Positions 1 to 8,323 of a DNA stretch of 44,110 bases are shown piece after piece (position 1 is the first letter of the stretch; every line of letters begins with the position of its first letter). The stretch is from Chloroflexota bacterium. Lineage in GTDB: Bacteria > Chloroflexota > Limnocylindria > Limnocylindrales > CSP1-4. A program made the position numbers and the translations under genes. Below the pieces are notes generated by a model. The model was not told where the DNA came from and ran no database searches. It worked only from the letters and a program-made list of their open reading frames with translations. The stretch is from the NCBI GenBank assembly GCA_043739665.1, contig JAYUDR010000008.1, positions 1 to 44,110 on the forward strand. Direction: 5' to 3'.

Positions 1-212
1 CTCATCGACGCCCAGGAAAGCGCTAAGCAGCCACTGCTGTTCGGGGGCTGGATCGGCCGGGCGGCCTGCGTCGGATCTGAGCGTTTCTCCTTCGTGGAAT
101 CGCCGTCCGCCCGGACATCCAGGCACAGCGGAGGACCTACGGGGTACCTAGTGTTGCTGTGGGCGTCATTGAGGAACCGGGCCCTCATTCGGGCGGCCGG
201 CCAGACGAGAAA

Positions 213-243
213 CGGCCCCGACGAGAGGGTGACGTCGGGGCCG
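213..243 (-). terminator. Candidate intrinsic terminator downstream of gdh
   Basis: Read directly: cggccccgacg (213-223) pairs perfectly with cgtcggggccg (233-243), with a 9-nt loop. On the minus strand the hairpin is followed by TTTCTCGTCT. It lies 25 nt after the gdh stop codon at 268. Confidence 0.45.
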
Positions 244-267
244 TTAGAGAGATTTCGTGTTACGAGG

Positions 268-1533
268 TTACGGGTAAATGCCTCGGACTGAGGCCGCGTC
301 GGCGACGCGCTGGACGGCCAGCAGGTACGCCGCGGTCCGCATGTTCACCTTCTCCTTGAGGCTCATCTCGAGCGTGCTCGCGAAAGCCCTGGTCATGATC
401 CGCCGAAGCTTCTCGTTGACCTGGTCGATGTTCCAGAAGTCGCGCTCCAGGTCCTGGACCCACTCGAAGTAGCTGACGGTGACACCGCCGGCGTTGCAGA
501 GGATGTCCGGGATGACGAACTTGCCGTTCTTGTAGAGGATCTCGTCCGCCTCAGGAGTCGTGGGGCCGTTGGCGGCCTCGCCGATCAGTCGAGCCTGGAT
601 CCGGCCGGCGTTTCGGGCTGTGATCTGATTCTCGAGAGCGGCAGGAATGAGGATGTCGCAGTCGAGTTCCAGCAGTTCGGCGTTGCTGATGTCTTTCGTG
701 CCCGGGAAGCCGGTGACCGAGTGGTGCTCCTGCTTCCACGACAGAATGGCGCTGGGGTCGAAGCCTTCCGGCCGGTAGATCGCGCCGGTTGAGTCGCTGA
801 CGGCGACGATCTTGCAGCCCTGGGCGGCCAGCAACTGGGCGGCAATGGCGCCGGCGTTACCGAAGCCCTGTACGGCAACGCGGCACTTGGGGATTTCCAT
901 GCCGAGGTGTCGAGCGGCGTCGACAAGGGTGTAGACCGCTCCCTGGGCGGTGGCCTCATTGCGGCCTTCCGAGCCGCCGATCGATATCGGCTTGCCCGTG
1001 ACGACGGCTGGCGACGTGTACCCGACATGCATCGAGTACGTGTCCATGATCCAGGCCATCGTCTGGGAGTTGGTATTGACGTCCGGCGCCGGAATATCCT
1101 TCTCCGGGCCGATGAGGATGCTGATCTCGGTCGCGAACCGCCGGGTCAGCCCCTCAACCTCGCGCAGGCTGAGCTTCTTGGGGTCGACGATGACGCCACC
1201 CTTGCCACCGCCGAACGGAATACCGACGACGGCGCACTTCCACGTCATCCACATGGCCAAGGCCTTGACCTCATCGAGGGTCACGTCCTGGTGGTAGCGG
1301 ATGCCGCCCTTAGCCGGGCCGCGGCTCAGGTTGTGCTGGACCCGATAGCCCGTGAAGACCTCGACTGAGCCGTCGTCCATCTTCACTGGGAAGTGGACCG
1401 TCAACTCGCGTTTGGGCTCGCGCAGGACCTTTCTAAGTCCCGGGGAGAGGTCGAGACGCTCGGCCGCCAGATCGAACTGACGCTGGGCCACATCCCAAGC
1501 GTTGATCGCGGCACCTAACTGCTCGGTTGCCAT
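268..1533 (-). CDS. gdhA: Glutamate dehydrogenase (Glu/Leu/Phe/Val dehydrogenase family)
   Basis: Track ORF 268..1722 trimmed to the ATG at 1533 ([13 protein letters not shown]...), which has GGAGGG 10 nt upstream on the minus strand. Carries the family motifs [10 protein letters not shown] and IPFGGGKGG and the Rossmann-type GFGNAG. The 63 codons upstream are Arg-rich and not protein-like. Confidence 0.93.
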   Translation of the reverse strand: MATEQLGAAINAWDVAQRQFDLAAERLDLSPGLRKVLREPKRELTVHFPVKMDDGSVEVFTGYRVQHNLSRGPAKGGIRYHQDVTLDEVKALAMWMTWKCAVVGIPFGGGKGGVIVDPKKLSLREVEGLTRRFATEISILIGPEKDIPAPDVNTNSQTMAWIMDTYSMHVGYTSPAVVTGKPISIGGSEGRNEATAQGAVYTLVDAARHLGMEIPKCRVAVQGFGNAGAIAAQLLAAQGCKIVAVSDSTGAIYRPEGFDPSAILSWKQEHHSVTGFPGTKDISNAELLELDCDILIPAALENQITARNAGRIQARLIGEAANGPTTPEADEILYKNGKFVIPDILCNAGGVTVSYFEWVQDLERDFWNIDQVNEKLRRIMTRAFASTLEMSLKEKVNMRTAAYLLAVQRVADAASVRGIYP

Positions 1534-1828
1534 GGGCCGGATACCCTCCAGAGCCGTGACCGTCAGCGCGGGAGCGGCTTGCTCTACAGCCGAGTGCTTC
1601 GGCTGGCTCCGCCACTCCCCACGATCCCGACAATGTGGCGGTGGCCTTCCGTTTGACCTCGAAAAGCGGCGCCGCAGGTTCGACTTGGGGTCGAGTATAG
1701 ACTTCCTGCCAAGATGCGCCACATCATGAAGTCATTGGCACACAGGCTGATTGGCCTAACGTTCCGACGGTGGAGCGGCCGCAGCTGAGACGAATCAATG
1801 GCCACGAGGGCGACGGGCCAGCGACTGT

Positions 1829-2674
1829 CTAAATCTCGTGGACCAGGATGCCGCCGTAGGCGCCGGGCCCGATGTGAGCCCCGATGACAGGCCCGAGAAT
1901 TTGGGTCGTGATCACCTTGGGGCCTGGTTTCGGTAGCCGGGCCAGCACCATTTCACGGAAAGCATCCGCGTCTGCCGGCGGCGAGTACATCACATGGAGT
2001 TCGGAGACGGGACGGGCGGTCATCAGTTCAATGACCCGATCCATAGCCTTGGACCGCGTCCGAGGCTGATCGATGACCAACACCAGATTCTCTTTCATGG
2101 TGATGATCGGCTTGATCGAGAGCAAGCCGCCGATCGCGGCCTTGGCCGTGCCGATTCGGCCTCCCTTGCGCAGGAAGTCGAGCGTGTCAAGGCCCACGAA
2201 GAGCTCGGTCACGTCGCGCATCGCCTGAAGGCGGGCGTGGATCTCGGCCCCGGTCATCCCGGCCGCCGCCAGAGCCGCCCCACGCAGCGCCAAGGCGCCG
2301 CTGCCCAATGATGCCGACTTGGAGTCCAGGGTCAGGATGTTCTTGCCCGGCAGCATGTCGCGGGCCATGTCGGCGTGCTTGACCGTTGCCGACAGGCCTT
2401 CGGAAAGGCAGACGCAGACGATGGAGTCGTAGCCTTCGGCAAAGGTGTCTTCGAAAGCCTTCTTGAACTGGCCGACGCTCGGGGCCGCCGTGTGGGCGAA
2501 GGGGCAACCCGGGACGCTAACACGGCGCCAGAACTCCTCGGGCGACATCTGGTCTGGCGAAACGTAGCTCTCCTGCCCGAAGGAAACCGTCAGCGGGACC
2601 TGCTTGATGCCCGTATCGGCCAGCTGTTGGGGCGTCAGGTCAGAACCGGAATCGGTGATTATGGCGACGGACAT
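1829..2674 (-). CDS. DegV family fatty-acid-binding protein (FakB-like)
   Basis: N-terminus MSVAIITDSGSDL is typical of DegV. ATG at 2674 is preceded by AGGAG 5 nt upstream. The GTG at 2740, overlapping the upstream stop as GTGA, is the alternative start. Confidence 0.85.
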   Translation of the reverse strand: MSVAIITDSGSDLTPQQLADTGIKQVPLTVSFGQESYVSPDQMSPEEFWRRVSVPGCPFAHTAAPSVGQFKKAFEDTFAEGYDSIVCVCLSEGLSATVKHADMARDMLPGKNILTLDSKSASLGSGALALRGAALAAAGMTGAEIHARLQAMRDVTELFVGLDTLDFLRKGGRIGTAKAAIGGLLSIKPIITMKENLVLVIDQPRTRSKAMDRVIELMTARPVSELHVMYSPPADADAFREMVLARLPKPGPKVITTQILGPVIGAHIGPGAYGGILVHEI

Positions 2675-2736
2675 CGCTACTCCTATTTGCTGCCCCTCTG
2701 GTTGGCCGACCCCATGGCCGCCGCCTCCCGCAGAAA

Positions 2737-4038
2737 TCACATGGAAGGCTGAGGAACCGTGGGAGCGGCGGTCCCAGCGACCGTGGCGCCTTCATGCGCC
2801 CGAAGGTTCAAGAGCGCAATGATACCGATTACGAGCAAGCCGGCCGTGGCAACTATCAGCCCGTCGATGCCCTTCCAGGATGCCGCCAACCCGCCCAGGA
2901 TGGCACCAACGACCTGACCGACTCCGAGGAAAACCGAATAGAGACCCATGATCGCGCTGCGGTCCGCCTCGAATCCCTCACTGACGTCGGCCAACAGGCC
3001 GAGCGCGGCCGGGGTGGCACCCGACATGACGAAGAGCGAGAGCACGGCGACGGCCCCAAGGCCGGCCAGCACGCTCGCGGAGGTGCCGCCGAAATGATTG
3101 ATGGCCAGAATATCGAATGTCATCACGACGAAGGCACCGACGCCAAGAAGCAACATCGTGGTGCGCCGGAATCGGGCGTAGACGAGCCCCCAGAACAGAA
3201 TTCCGGCGCCGAACACTACCGCCAGAACGGCCTCGCCGAGACCGATGGACGTGGCGGAGATGCCCTGCATCAGGAACTGGCTGGGGTCGTGGACGTTGCC
3301 CTTGAGCAGGAGTGGCGCCTGTAGCGCCCACAGTCCAAGAATGGCGTTGATGGCCAGCCAGGTGGGCGCGAACAGCAGAACCTTGCGGTTCATCGCCATC
3401 CGCAAGTAGCGCGAAACCCCCGAGGGGGACTTGCCTGTATCCGCTGCCGGCATGAGGTCGGCCTGACGATTGCGAGGCACCTCGTGAACGCCGTACGCGT
3501 ACAGGCCAAGGGCAACGGCGTAGAAGCCGCAGTTGAGGAAGAATGCCGGCCGGCCGAACGCGTCCCAGAGAATGCCCGCGAGGGCCGGGCCCACAGCCAG
3601 CATTCCGCCGAGCGAGACGAGTTCAAAGAGGGAGACGACTCGGCCGCGGAGCCTCTCATCGTGCGCGGTTTCAGCCGCGATGAAACCCAGGGTCGAGGGG
3701 ATGGACGCGGCCGTGGAGCTGCCCTCGAGGAGGCGCGTGACAAAGAGGACGGGCATATGAGTCGTCATGCCGGTCATAGCTACGGCCACGCCGCCGAAGA
3801 TCGGGCCCAGAAGCATGATGACCTTGCGGCCGTATCGATCGGCCAGCACGCCGAAAAGGATTGCCCCGGTCAGCTCCGTGGCATAGAACCCGCCGGTCAG
3901 TATCGATATTGCACGTGGACCGGTGCCCTGGTTGCGGGTCATGTGGTCGACGAGGTAGACGAGCATCCCGCCGGTGATGGACGTGCTGACGCGCAGCACG
4001 AAGGTTGCGAGGAGCATGGAGCCGATGGAGCGATTCAT
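2737..4038 (-). CDS. MFS transporter
   Basis: Hydrophobic multi-TM profile throughout, with an MFS motif-A-like GVLADRYGRKVIML. I chose the ATG at 4038 (MNRSIGSMLLATF...) because TAGGCT lies 8 nt upstream. GTG at 4059 is the longest-ORF alternative. Confidence 0.85.
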   Translation of the reverse strand: MNRSIGSMLLATFVLRVSTSITGGMLVYLVDHMTRNQGTGPRAISILTGGFYATELTGAILFGVLADRYGRKVIMLLGPIFGGVAVAMTGMTTHMPVLFVTRLLEGSSTAASIPSTLGFIAAETAHDERLRGRVVSLFELVSLGGMLAVGPALAGILWDAFGRPAFFLNCGFYAVALGLYAYGVHEVPRNRQADLMPAADTGKSPSGVSRYLRMAMNRKVLLFAPTWLAINAILGLWALQAPLLLKGNVHDPSQFLMQGISATSIGLGEAVLAVVFGAGILFWGLVYARFRRTTMLLLGVGAFVVMTFDILAINHFGGTSASVLAGLGAVAVLSLFVMSGATPAALGLLADVSEGFEADRSAIMGLYSVFLGVGQVVGAILGGLAASWKGIDGLIVATAGLLVIGIIALLNLRAHEGATVAGTAAPTVPQPSM

Positions 4039-4046
4039 TGGCCGAT

Positions 4047-4052
4047 AGCCTA
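4047..4052 (-). promoter_or_regulatory. Candidate -10 hexamer TAGGCT for a leaderless MFS transcript
   Basis: On the minus strand: TAGGCT, then 8 nt, then ATG(4038). No SD is visible. Confidence 0.3.
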
Positions 4053-4222
4053 ACGGCACAAGCGTGTCCTTGCGCCGTCTCCGGCTACGCGAGTGGTCCG
4101 ATGCGGATCGGTCCGGGCCTCAGGACGCCTCAGGTACTGCGGCAGGCGGGTCTATACTCGGCCCACCGGTGGCTCGCCGCGCTCACAAACGCCCCGCCAC
4201 CGGTTTGATCCGGCGCCCAGAG

Positions 4223-4259
4223 CGAGCGCGACGGAACGCGCCGAGCGCGGCGGAACGCG
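4223..4259 (+). repeat. 18-nt direct repeat, two copies with a 19-nt period (cgagcgcgRcggaacgcg)
   Basis: 4223-4240 and 4242-4259 differ at one position (a/g). The second copy ends in the GGAG that could serve as SD for the TTG at 4270. Confidence 0.8.
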
Positions 4260-4269
4260 GAGTGCAGCT

Positions 4270-4539
4270 TTGGCATCCAACATCGCCCAGAACTACCCGT
4301 ACTCAAGCGAGAGTGAGCAGGAGCGAGCGACCGCCATCGCGGGGGCACTCGCTCGCAAGCCGAGCCTGGCTGAGAAGGTGAAGGCCGAATCGCTTGAGCC
4401 CGGCAGCGAGCCGCGCTGGTGGGTCTGGAAATGCACCACACCAGGCTGTGCCGGACTGCTCCACACGGCCGGGTTCGCGCGCAACGTCCGAGGCGTCTAC
4501 ACACTGTGTGACACCTGCGGCCAAACCTGCCTCCGGTAG
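4270..4539 (+). CDS. Hypothetical small Cys4 zinc-ribbon protein (about 89 aa)
   Basis: Lies in the 700-nt divergent intergenic region. The C-terminus WWVWKCTTPGCAGLLHTAGFARNVRGVYTLCDTCGQTC has Cx4C...CxxC spacing and third codon positions are mostly G/C. TTG at 4270 is preceded by GGAG (4258-4261). The track ORF extends to GTG at 4093, but that N-terminal part is Arg-rich and low complexity. Confidence 0.4.
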   Translation: MASNIAQNYPYSSESEQERATAIAGALARKPSLAEKVKAESLEPGSEPRWWVWKCTTPGCAGLLHTAGFARNVRGVYTLCDTCGQTCLR

Positions 4540-4765
4540 AGGCCGCCCGCGCGAAGGCGACGGCTCACAGGTAGCGAAGACAGCCCCCGGGTGTCGATAC
4601 GCCACTTGCATCGAGTGGCCAGTTCTCCCATCATCCGGTTGACGTAGATGAGGAAAGGACCGTGCAGGCAGGATCCGCCAGGTCGCCGGACGCCATGCCG
4701 CCAGCCGCAGTTCCTCAAATCTGTGAAGCTATGGGTGCTGCAATCAAGCCTGGGTCTCGCCACCG

Positions 4766-5818
4766 ATGAGCTTGCCAACGCGCCCTGAGGTCCGGGCTGA
4801 GGCAACCGGCCGCCCTGCCACCACTAGAGAGTCCCGACTGGCGCGCCTTTCGGACCTCGCTTTCGGGCGCATGGTCAGCCTCCCCGCGGCAGCCAAAGTG
4901 GACGTGCCCACTCGTCGCCGTGCAGGCGTCTTCCGACGAGCCCTCCGACACGAGGCAAACCGAATCCACGATCCGCGGCGGCTGATGATGATGGTCATCC
5001 TGGGTTGCGTCGGCGGGGTCGTCCTGGCGGGCCTCTTATCACGCGGTGAGGCCGCCGGAGCCGATACGCGAGCCTACTGGGCCGCCGGCCGGCTGTGGCT
5101 CACCGGTGGCGACCCATACCACCCATCCGGCCCGTTTATGCCGTACGTGTACTCGCCGTGGATGCTGCCCCTCTTTGTGCCATGGTCGGTTCTGCCCTGG
5201 GATGTGGCCTGGTTCTTCTGGCGGGGCGCAACGGTTATCGGGCTGTTGTGGAGCGTTCATTGGGCGTACGCGCGCCGGCCGATGACAACCGCCATCCTGC
5301 TGGTTCTGTTGGCCTTCCCCATGGCGGCAAACCTCGACACTGGCAACATCAACTTGCCCCTGACGCTGCTGCTGTTTGGGGCCCAGTTCTCGAGGCCGGC
5401 GATTACGGGCCTGCTGTGGATGGTCGCGGTTACCGTCAAGTGGGTGCCGGCCGTCTTCCTGCCGTTCCTGGCGCCGCGAGGTCGCCTGTGGGGCCTTATT
5501 TGGCTCGCCCTGGGACTACTGCTGACGGCCCTGACGCTGCCGCAAACGCTCGTCCAGTTGGAGGTCCTGTTCTCGTTTCAGCGGCCGCTCCGCATCGATT
5601 ACCTCGTCTTCGTGTGGGCCGTTGTCCCTTGGGCGTGGCGGCATCCTGAGGCGTTCCGATGGCTTATGCCAGCCACGTGGCCAGGTGCAACTCGGACCGC
5701 GGCCGCGGTCGTCAACCTTTGGCGAGACCACTGGAATCGCAGACCGGCACGAACTGCGGAGACGCTCCGGCGAGTGATGCGAGCCCGGGTCAAGGCCTTC
5801 CTGGGCCTGGGCGCCTGA
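4766..5818 (+). CDS. Polytopic membrane protein, GT87/DUF2029-like glycosyltransferase (GT-C fold)
   Basis: ADTRAYWAAGRLWLTGGDPYHPSGPFMPYVYSPWMLPLF matches the D..Y..A....G.PY....Y.Y(S/P)P signature I recall for DUF2029 mannosyltransferase-like proteins. Multiple TM segments follow. The start is uncertain: the first 73 aa are Arg-rich, and ATG codons at 4871 and 4985 are alternatives. Confidence 0.6.
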   Translation: MSLPTRPEVRAEATGRPATTRESRLARLSDLAFGRMVSLPAAAKVDVPTRRRAGVFRRALRHEANRIHDPRRLMMMVILGCVGGVVLAGLLSRGEAAGADTRAYWAAGRLWLTGGDPYHPSGPFMPYVYSPWMLPLFVPWSVLPWDVAWFFWRGATVIGLLWSVHWAYARRPMTTAILLVLLAFPMAANLDTGNINLPLTLLLFGAQFSRPAITGLLWMVAVTVKWVPAVFLPFLAPRGRLWGLIWLALGLLLTALTLPQTLVQLEVLFSFQRPLRIDYLVFVWAVVPWAWRHPEAFRWLMPATWPGATRTAAAVVNLWRDHWNRRPARTAETLRRVMRARVKAFLGLGA

Positions 5819-5922
5819 CCGACGGCGCGGCGCCTGCCGGTCCGAGGCGATTCTCAGACGGCCGACACCCCCAGAATGGGTAGTCTCAACCGCCACGTTC
5901 GATCACCCGTTTATCGTCTCCC

Positions 5923-6315
5923 GTGGCGCTGCCAATGGAGATTCAGTTGAACAATGTCCTGTGGGTCGTTCAGGTGCTCCTGGCGCTGGCCTTTTTCGGG
6001 GCCGGCTTCGATCAGGCCGTCAACTACGACGATGCCCGGCGGCGGCTGCCGTGGGTCGGCACGCTGTCACGGGGACAGGCCATTGTCATTGGTGCACTCG
6101 AGATCCTGGGCGCGATCGGTTTGATCGTGCCGGCCTGGATGGGCACGATTCCTTCGCTGACCGTGTTGGCGGCTGCCGCTTTGGCCGTCCTCATGAGTTT
6201 GGCGGTCGTTTTCCACGCCCGACGACACGAGATCCCGCAACTTGGCTTCAGCGCCTTCTTCGGAGTCGTGGCAGCCGTGGTGCTGATCGGGCGGGTCGTC
6301 GTCGCACCGTTCTGA
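5923..6315 (+). CDS. DoxX-like family membrane protein
   Basis: 130 aa with 4 TM segments and a DoxX-like N-terminal helix (LWVVQVLLALAFFGAGFDQ). The start is GTG at 5923 or ATG at 5935. Confidence 0.6.
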   Translation: MALPMEIQLNNVLWVVQVLLALAFFGAGFDQAVNYDDARRRLPWVGTLSRGQAIVIGALEILGAIGLIVPAWMGTIPSLTVLAAAALAVLMSLAVVFHARRHEIPQLGFSAFFGVVAAVVLIGRVVVAPF

Positions 6316-6483
6316 TAAACCGGGAACGGCAAGCTAGGACGGCTCGAGTAGAGAATAGGCAACTCCAGTCCAAGCACCGCGGCTGCCAGACCACCAGATG
6401 GGGCCGGCAATCGGCCCGGCCGCTCGTCCGCGGTCAGTCAGGAGTCACGCGGACCTCGAGACAATCATCTTCGCGAAACAAAG

Positions 6484-6515
6484 AGAAACGGCGAGCCTTG
6501 CGGCTCGCCGTTTCT
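6484..6515. terminator. Bidirectional intrinsic terminator shared by the two convergent DoxX genes
   Basis: Perfect 14-bp stem agaaacggcgagcc (6484-6497) / ggctcgccgtttct (6502-6515) with loop ttgc. T-rich runs flank it on both strands: TTTCTTGG on plus and TCTTTGTTTCG on minus. Confidence 0.75.
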
Positions 6516-6571
6516 TGGTGCAGGGAGGAAGTGGGACGGGACACTCCCCGCACTGAGGTGTTCTGAGGAAG

Positions 6572-7084
6572 TTATCCGAGGGCGTACTTGACGACCGGGA
6601 CCTTCTCCATGATCGGAAGCTTGGCGACCACGGTGTCGAGGGCATAAGCGCCGGCGCCGGTGTAGGCCAGGACGATCGCGATCAGAGCGTAGTAAAAGGG
6701 CTCGTTGAACGGGCCATTGGCAAAGCTCCAACCGGACACGAAGATCAGGGCCATGAGGAGCGCGCCCATAACGCCGGCGAACCGAGTGGCCAGGCCGAGG
6801 ATCAGCGCGATGCCGATTGCGATCTCACCGAAGACGACGAGAGTGTCGAAGATCGAGACCAGACTCGAGTTGCCGGCAATCGAAACCCAGAAGCTGTGGG
6901 TCGGGTTGATGACTGCCTTCGGGTCGCTGCCGAGCCAGGCACCGTTGGTGCCAAAGCCGAGGAAGCCCTTCGATGTGAAGGCCGCGCCGCCGGCAAGGCG
7001 GAGGAACTTCTCGAGGCCGGCGAACGCAAAGCCGAGTCCGAGGCCTACCCTCAGAATGAATATCCCGCGATCCTTCTTGTCCAT
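6572..7084 (-). CDS. DoxX family membrane protein
   Basis: 170 aa. ILRVGLGLGFAFAGLEKF is a typical DoxX first helix, and there are 4 TM segments. Confidence 0.7.
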   Translation of the reverse strand: MDKKDRGIFILRVGLGLGFAFAGLEKFLRLAGGAAFTSKGFLGFGTNGAWLGSDPKAVINPTHSFWVSIAGNSSLVSIFDTLVVFGEIAIGIALILGLATRFAGVMGALLMALIFVSGWSFANGPFNEPFYYALIAIVLAYTGAGAYALDTVVAKLPIMEKVPVVKYALG

Positions 7085-7328
7085 CGTAATTCCTGCACCT
7101 TCCGCTGCTGGCCCGTTGTCTCCTCTTTCTTGGAGTTCGGGTCGTTCAAGTCGATGGATCGAATGTAGAGTGCCTTACTGTTTGACAGCCGTGCCGTTGG
7201 TCCCGAAGGAGTAGGCCGGCCGGCCCCAAACGAATAGTTGGCGTCTTAGTGTTGGATCGCCCAGGGGGCGGCGGGAGCGCTCGTCGCAGCAGCGGAGGCG
7301 GCAGGGACGGAGAGTCGGGCGCGGCGCC

Positions 7329-8252
7329 CTACTCTGTCGGAGGCGCCTTCGGTTGCGGCGTCGTCGGGTTCGTGATCTCCCGCTCGAGTTGGGCCGTGAG
7401 CCCAGGGCGCACCGCCGCCACCGCGGCGCGCAACGACGGCAGGTCGGGCGCAAATACTTGCAGGCACGAGTCGCCCTCGAGTACCCGGAACGTGACCTGC
7501 CCGCCTTGGTCCGTGAACCCGTTCTCCGACCCGCAGCTGGGCACGCCGGTATTCAGCACCACCTGGATCTGGCGCTTGGAACCGTCGCCCCAGGTGGCGT
7601 AGTAGGCGCGGCCGGTCATCGGCCCCGAGTCGTACGTAGCAGTGTCGCTGAGCTCGAGACCCAAGACCTGGGCCGGTAGGGTCGAGACGGCCAAGGCCGC
7701 GGCTACATCGGCCGTGCTGGCGGGGCGGTATCCGTCGGATTGCGGAGAGCTGTTGAGGACAACGGCCGTGCCGGCCGTGGCGCCGGCGAGGAGGACGAGC
7801 ACGGCCGTTGCCAGCATGACTCGCCTCGTCCGGCCAGCCGCAGCCTCGGCCCTTGCTCCGAGCAGATGGCCGCCCACGATAATTGGCAACAGGAAGATAG
7901 ACGAGTACAGGGCAACTCCCCCAAAACCCGAGTCCCCGGTCGGCCAACTGGGATCGATCGCGGAGTTGATCTGGAATGCCAGCCCGTAGCCGATCACAGC
8001 CGCGGTCCACGAGGCCGGGGCATCACGGAAGCGGCCGGATACGAGACCGGCGGTCGCTCCGATGGCGGTCAGGATCAGGATGCCGACTAGGACACCGAGC
8101 AGGGCACCAAGGGGCCAATCGGGAGAGTGTCCGCCGCTTCGAACACCCCATGAGGCTAGGACGACGAACGCACAGGTTCCCAATCCAGCCGTCGCCGCGC
8201 CGAAAACGGCTCGCCGTAGGCCGGTGCCTCCGAGACTCCCGCGAGTTGACAT
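7329..8252 (-). CDS. Hypothetical membrane protein (about 5 TM plus a C-terminal extracytoplasmic domain with two Cys)
   Basis: I chose the ATG at 8252 (MSTRGSLGG...) because GGAGGT lies 6 nt upstream on the minus strand. I recognise no family motif. Confidence 0.6.
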   Translation of the reverse strand: MSTRGSLGGTGLRRAVFGAATAGLGTCAFVVLASWGVRSGGHSPDWPLGALLGVLVGILILTAIGATAGLVSGRFRDAPASWTAAVIGYGLAFQINSAIDPSWPTGDSGFGGVALYSSIFLLPIIVGGHLLGARAEAAAGRTRRVMLATAVLVLLAGATAGTAVVLNSSPQSDGYRPASTADVAAALAVSTLPAQVLGLELSDTATYDSGPMTGRAYYATWGDGSKRQIQVVLNTGVPSCGSENGFTDQGGQVTFRVLEGDSCLQVFAPDLPSLRAAVAAVRPGLTAQLEREITNPTTPQPKAPPTE

Positions 8253-8323
8253 CGTCGCACCTCCGTCCGTCGACGATCCCACATGGGCACGCCCGCGTCA
8301 ACGAACTAGCTGCTGACTGGCGG

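Noticed and set aside
1-267. Possible gene fragment at the 5' window edge
   Set aside because: Plus-strand frame 1 is open from 1 to 291, and a minus-strand frame with GTG at 126 runs off the edge. Neither translation looks protein-like beyond about 25 aa. Third-position GC is only moderate for the minus candidate, and the plus candidate would run through the 213-243 hairpin into gdh. I cannot support a call from this little sequence.
1786-1791. CUGAGA (TPP-riboswitch-like hexamer) near degV/gdh
   Set aside because: It is an isolated hexamer on the strand opposite both flanking genes, and no other TPP aptamer elements are present.
4093-4269. Long version (GTG 4093) of the zinc-ribbon ORF
   Set aside because: The extra 59 codons are Arg/Gly/Pro/Ser-rich and run through the 18-nt tandem repeat. 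TTG 4270 has a GGAG at proper spacing. The long form cannot be excluded without comparative data.
7246-8010. 254-aa minus-strand ORF
   Set aside because: It is off-frame to the membrane-protein ORF 7329..8252, which has TM segments and a strong SD. This frame is Arg/Gly-rich.
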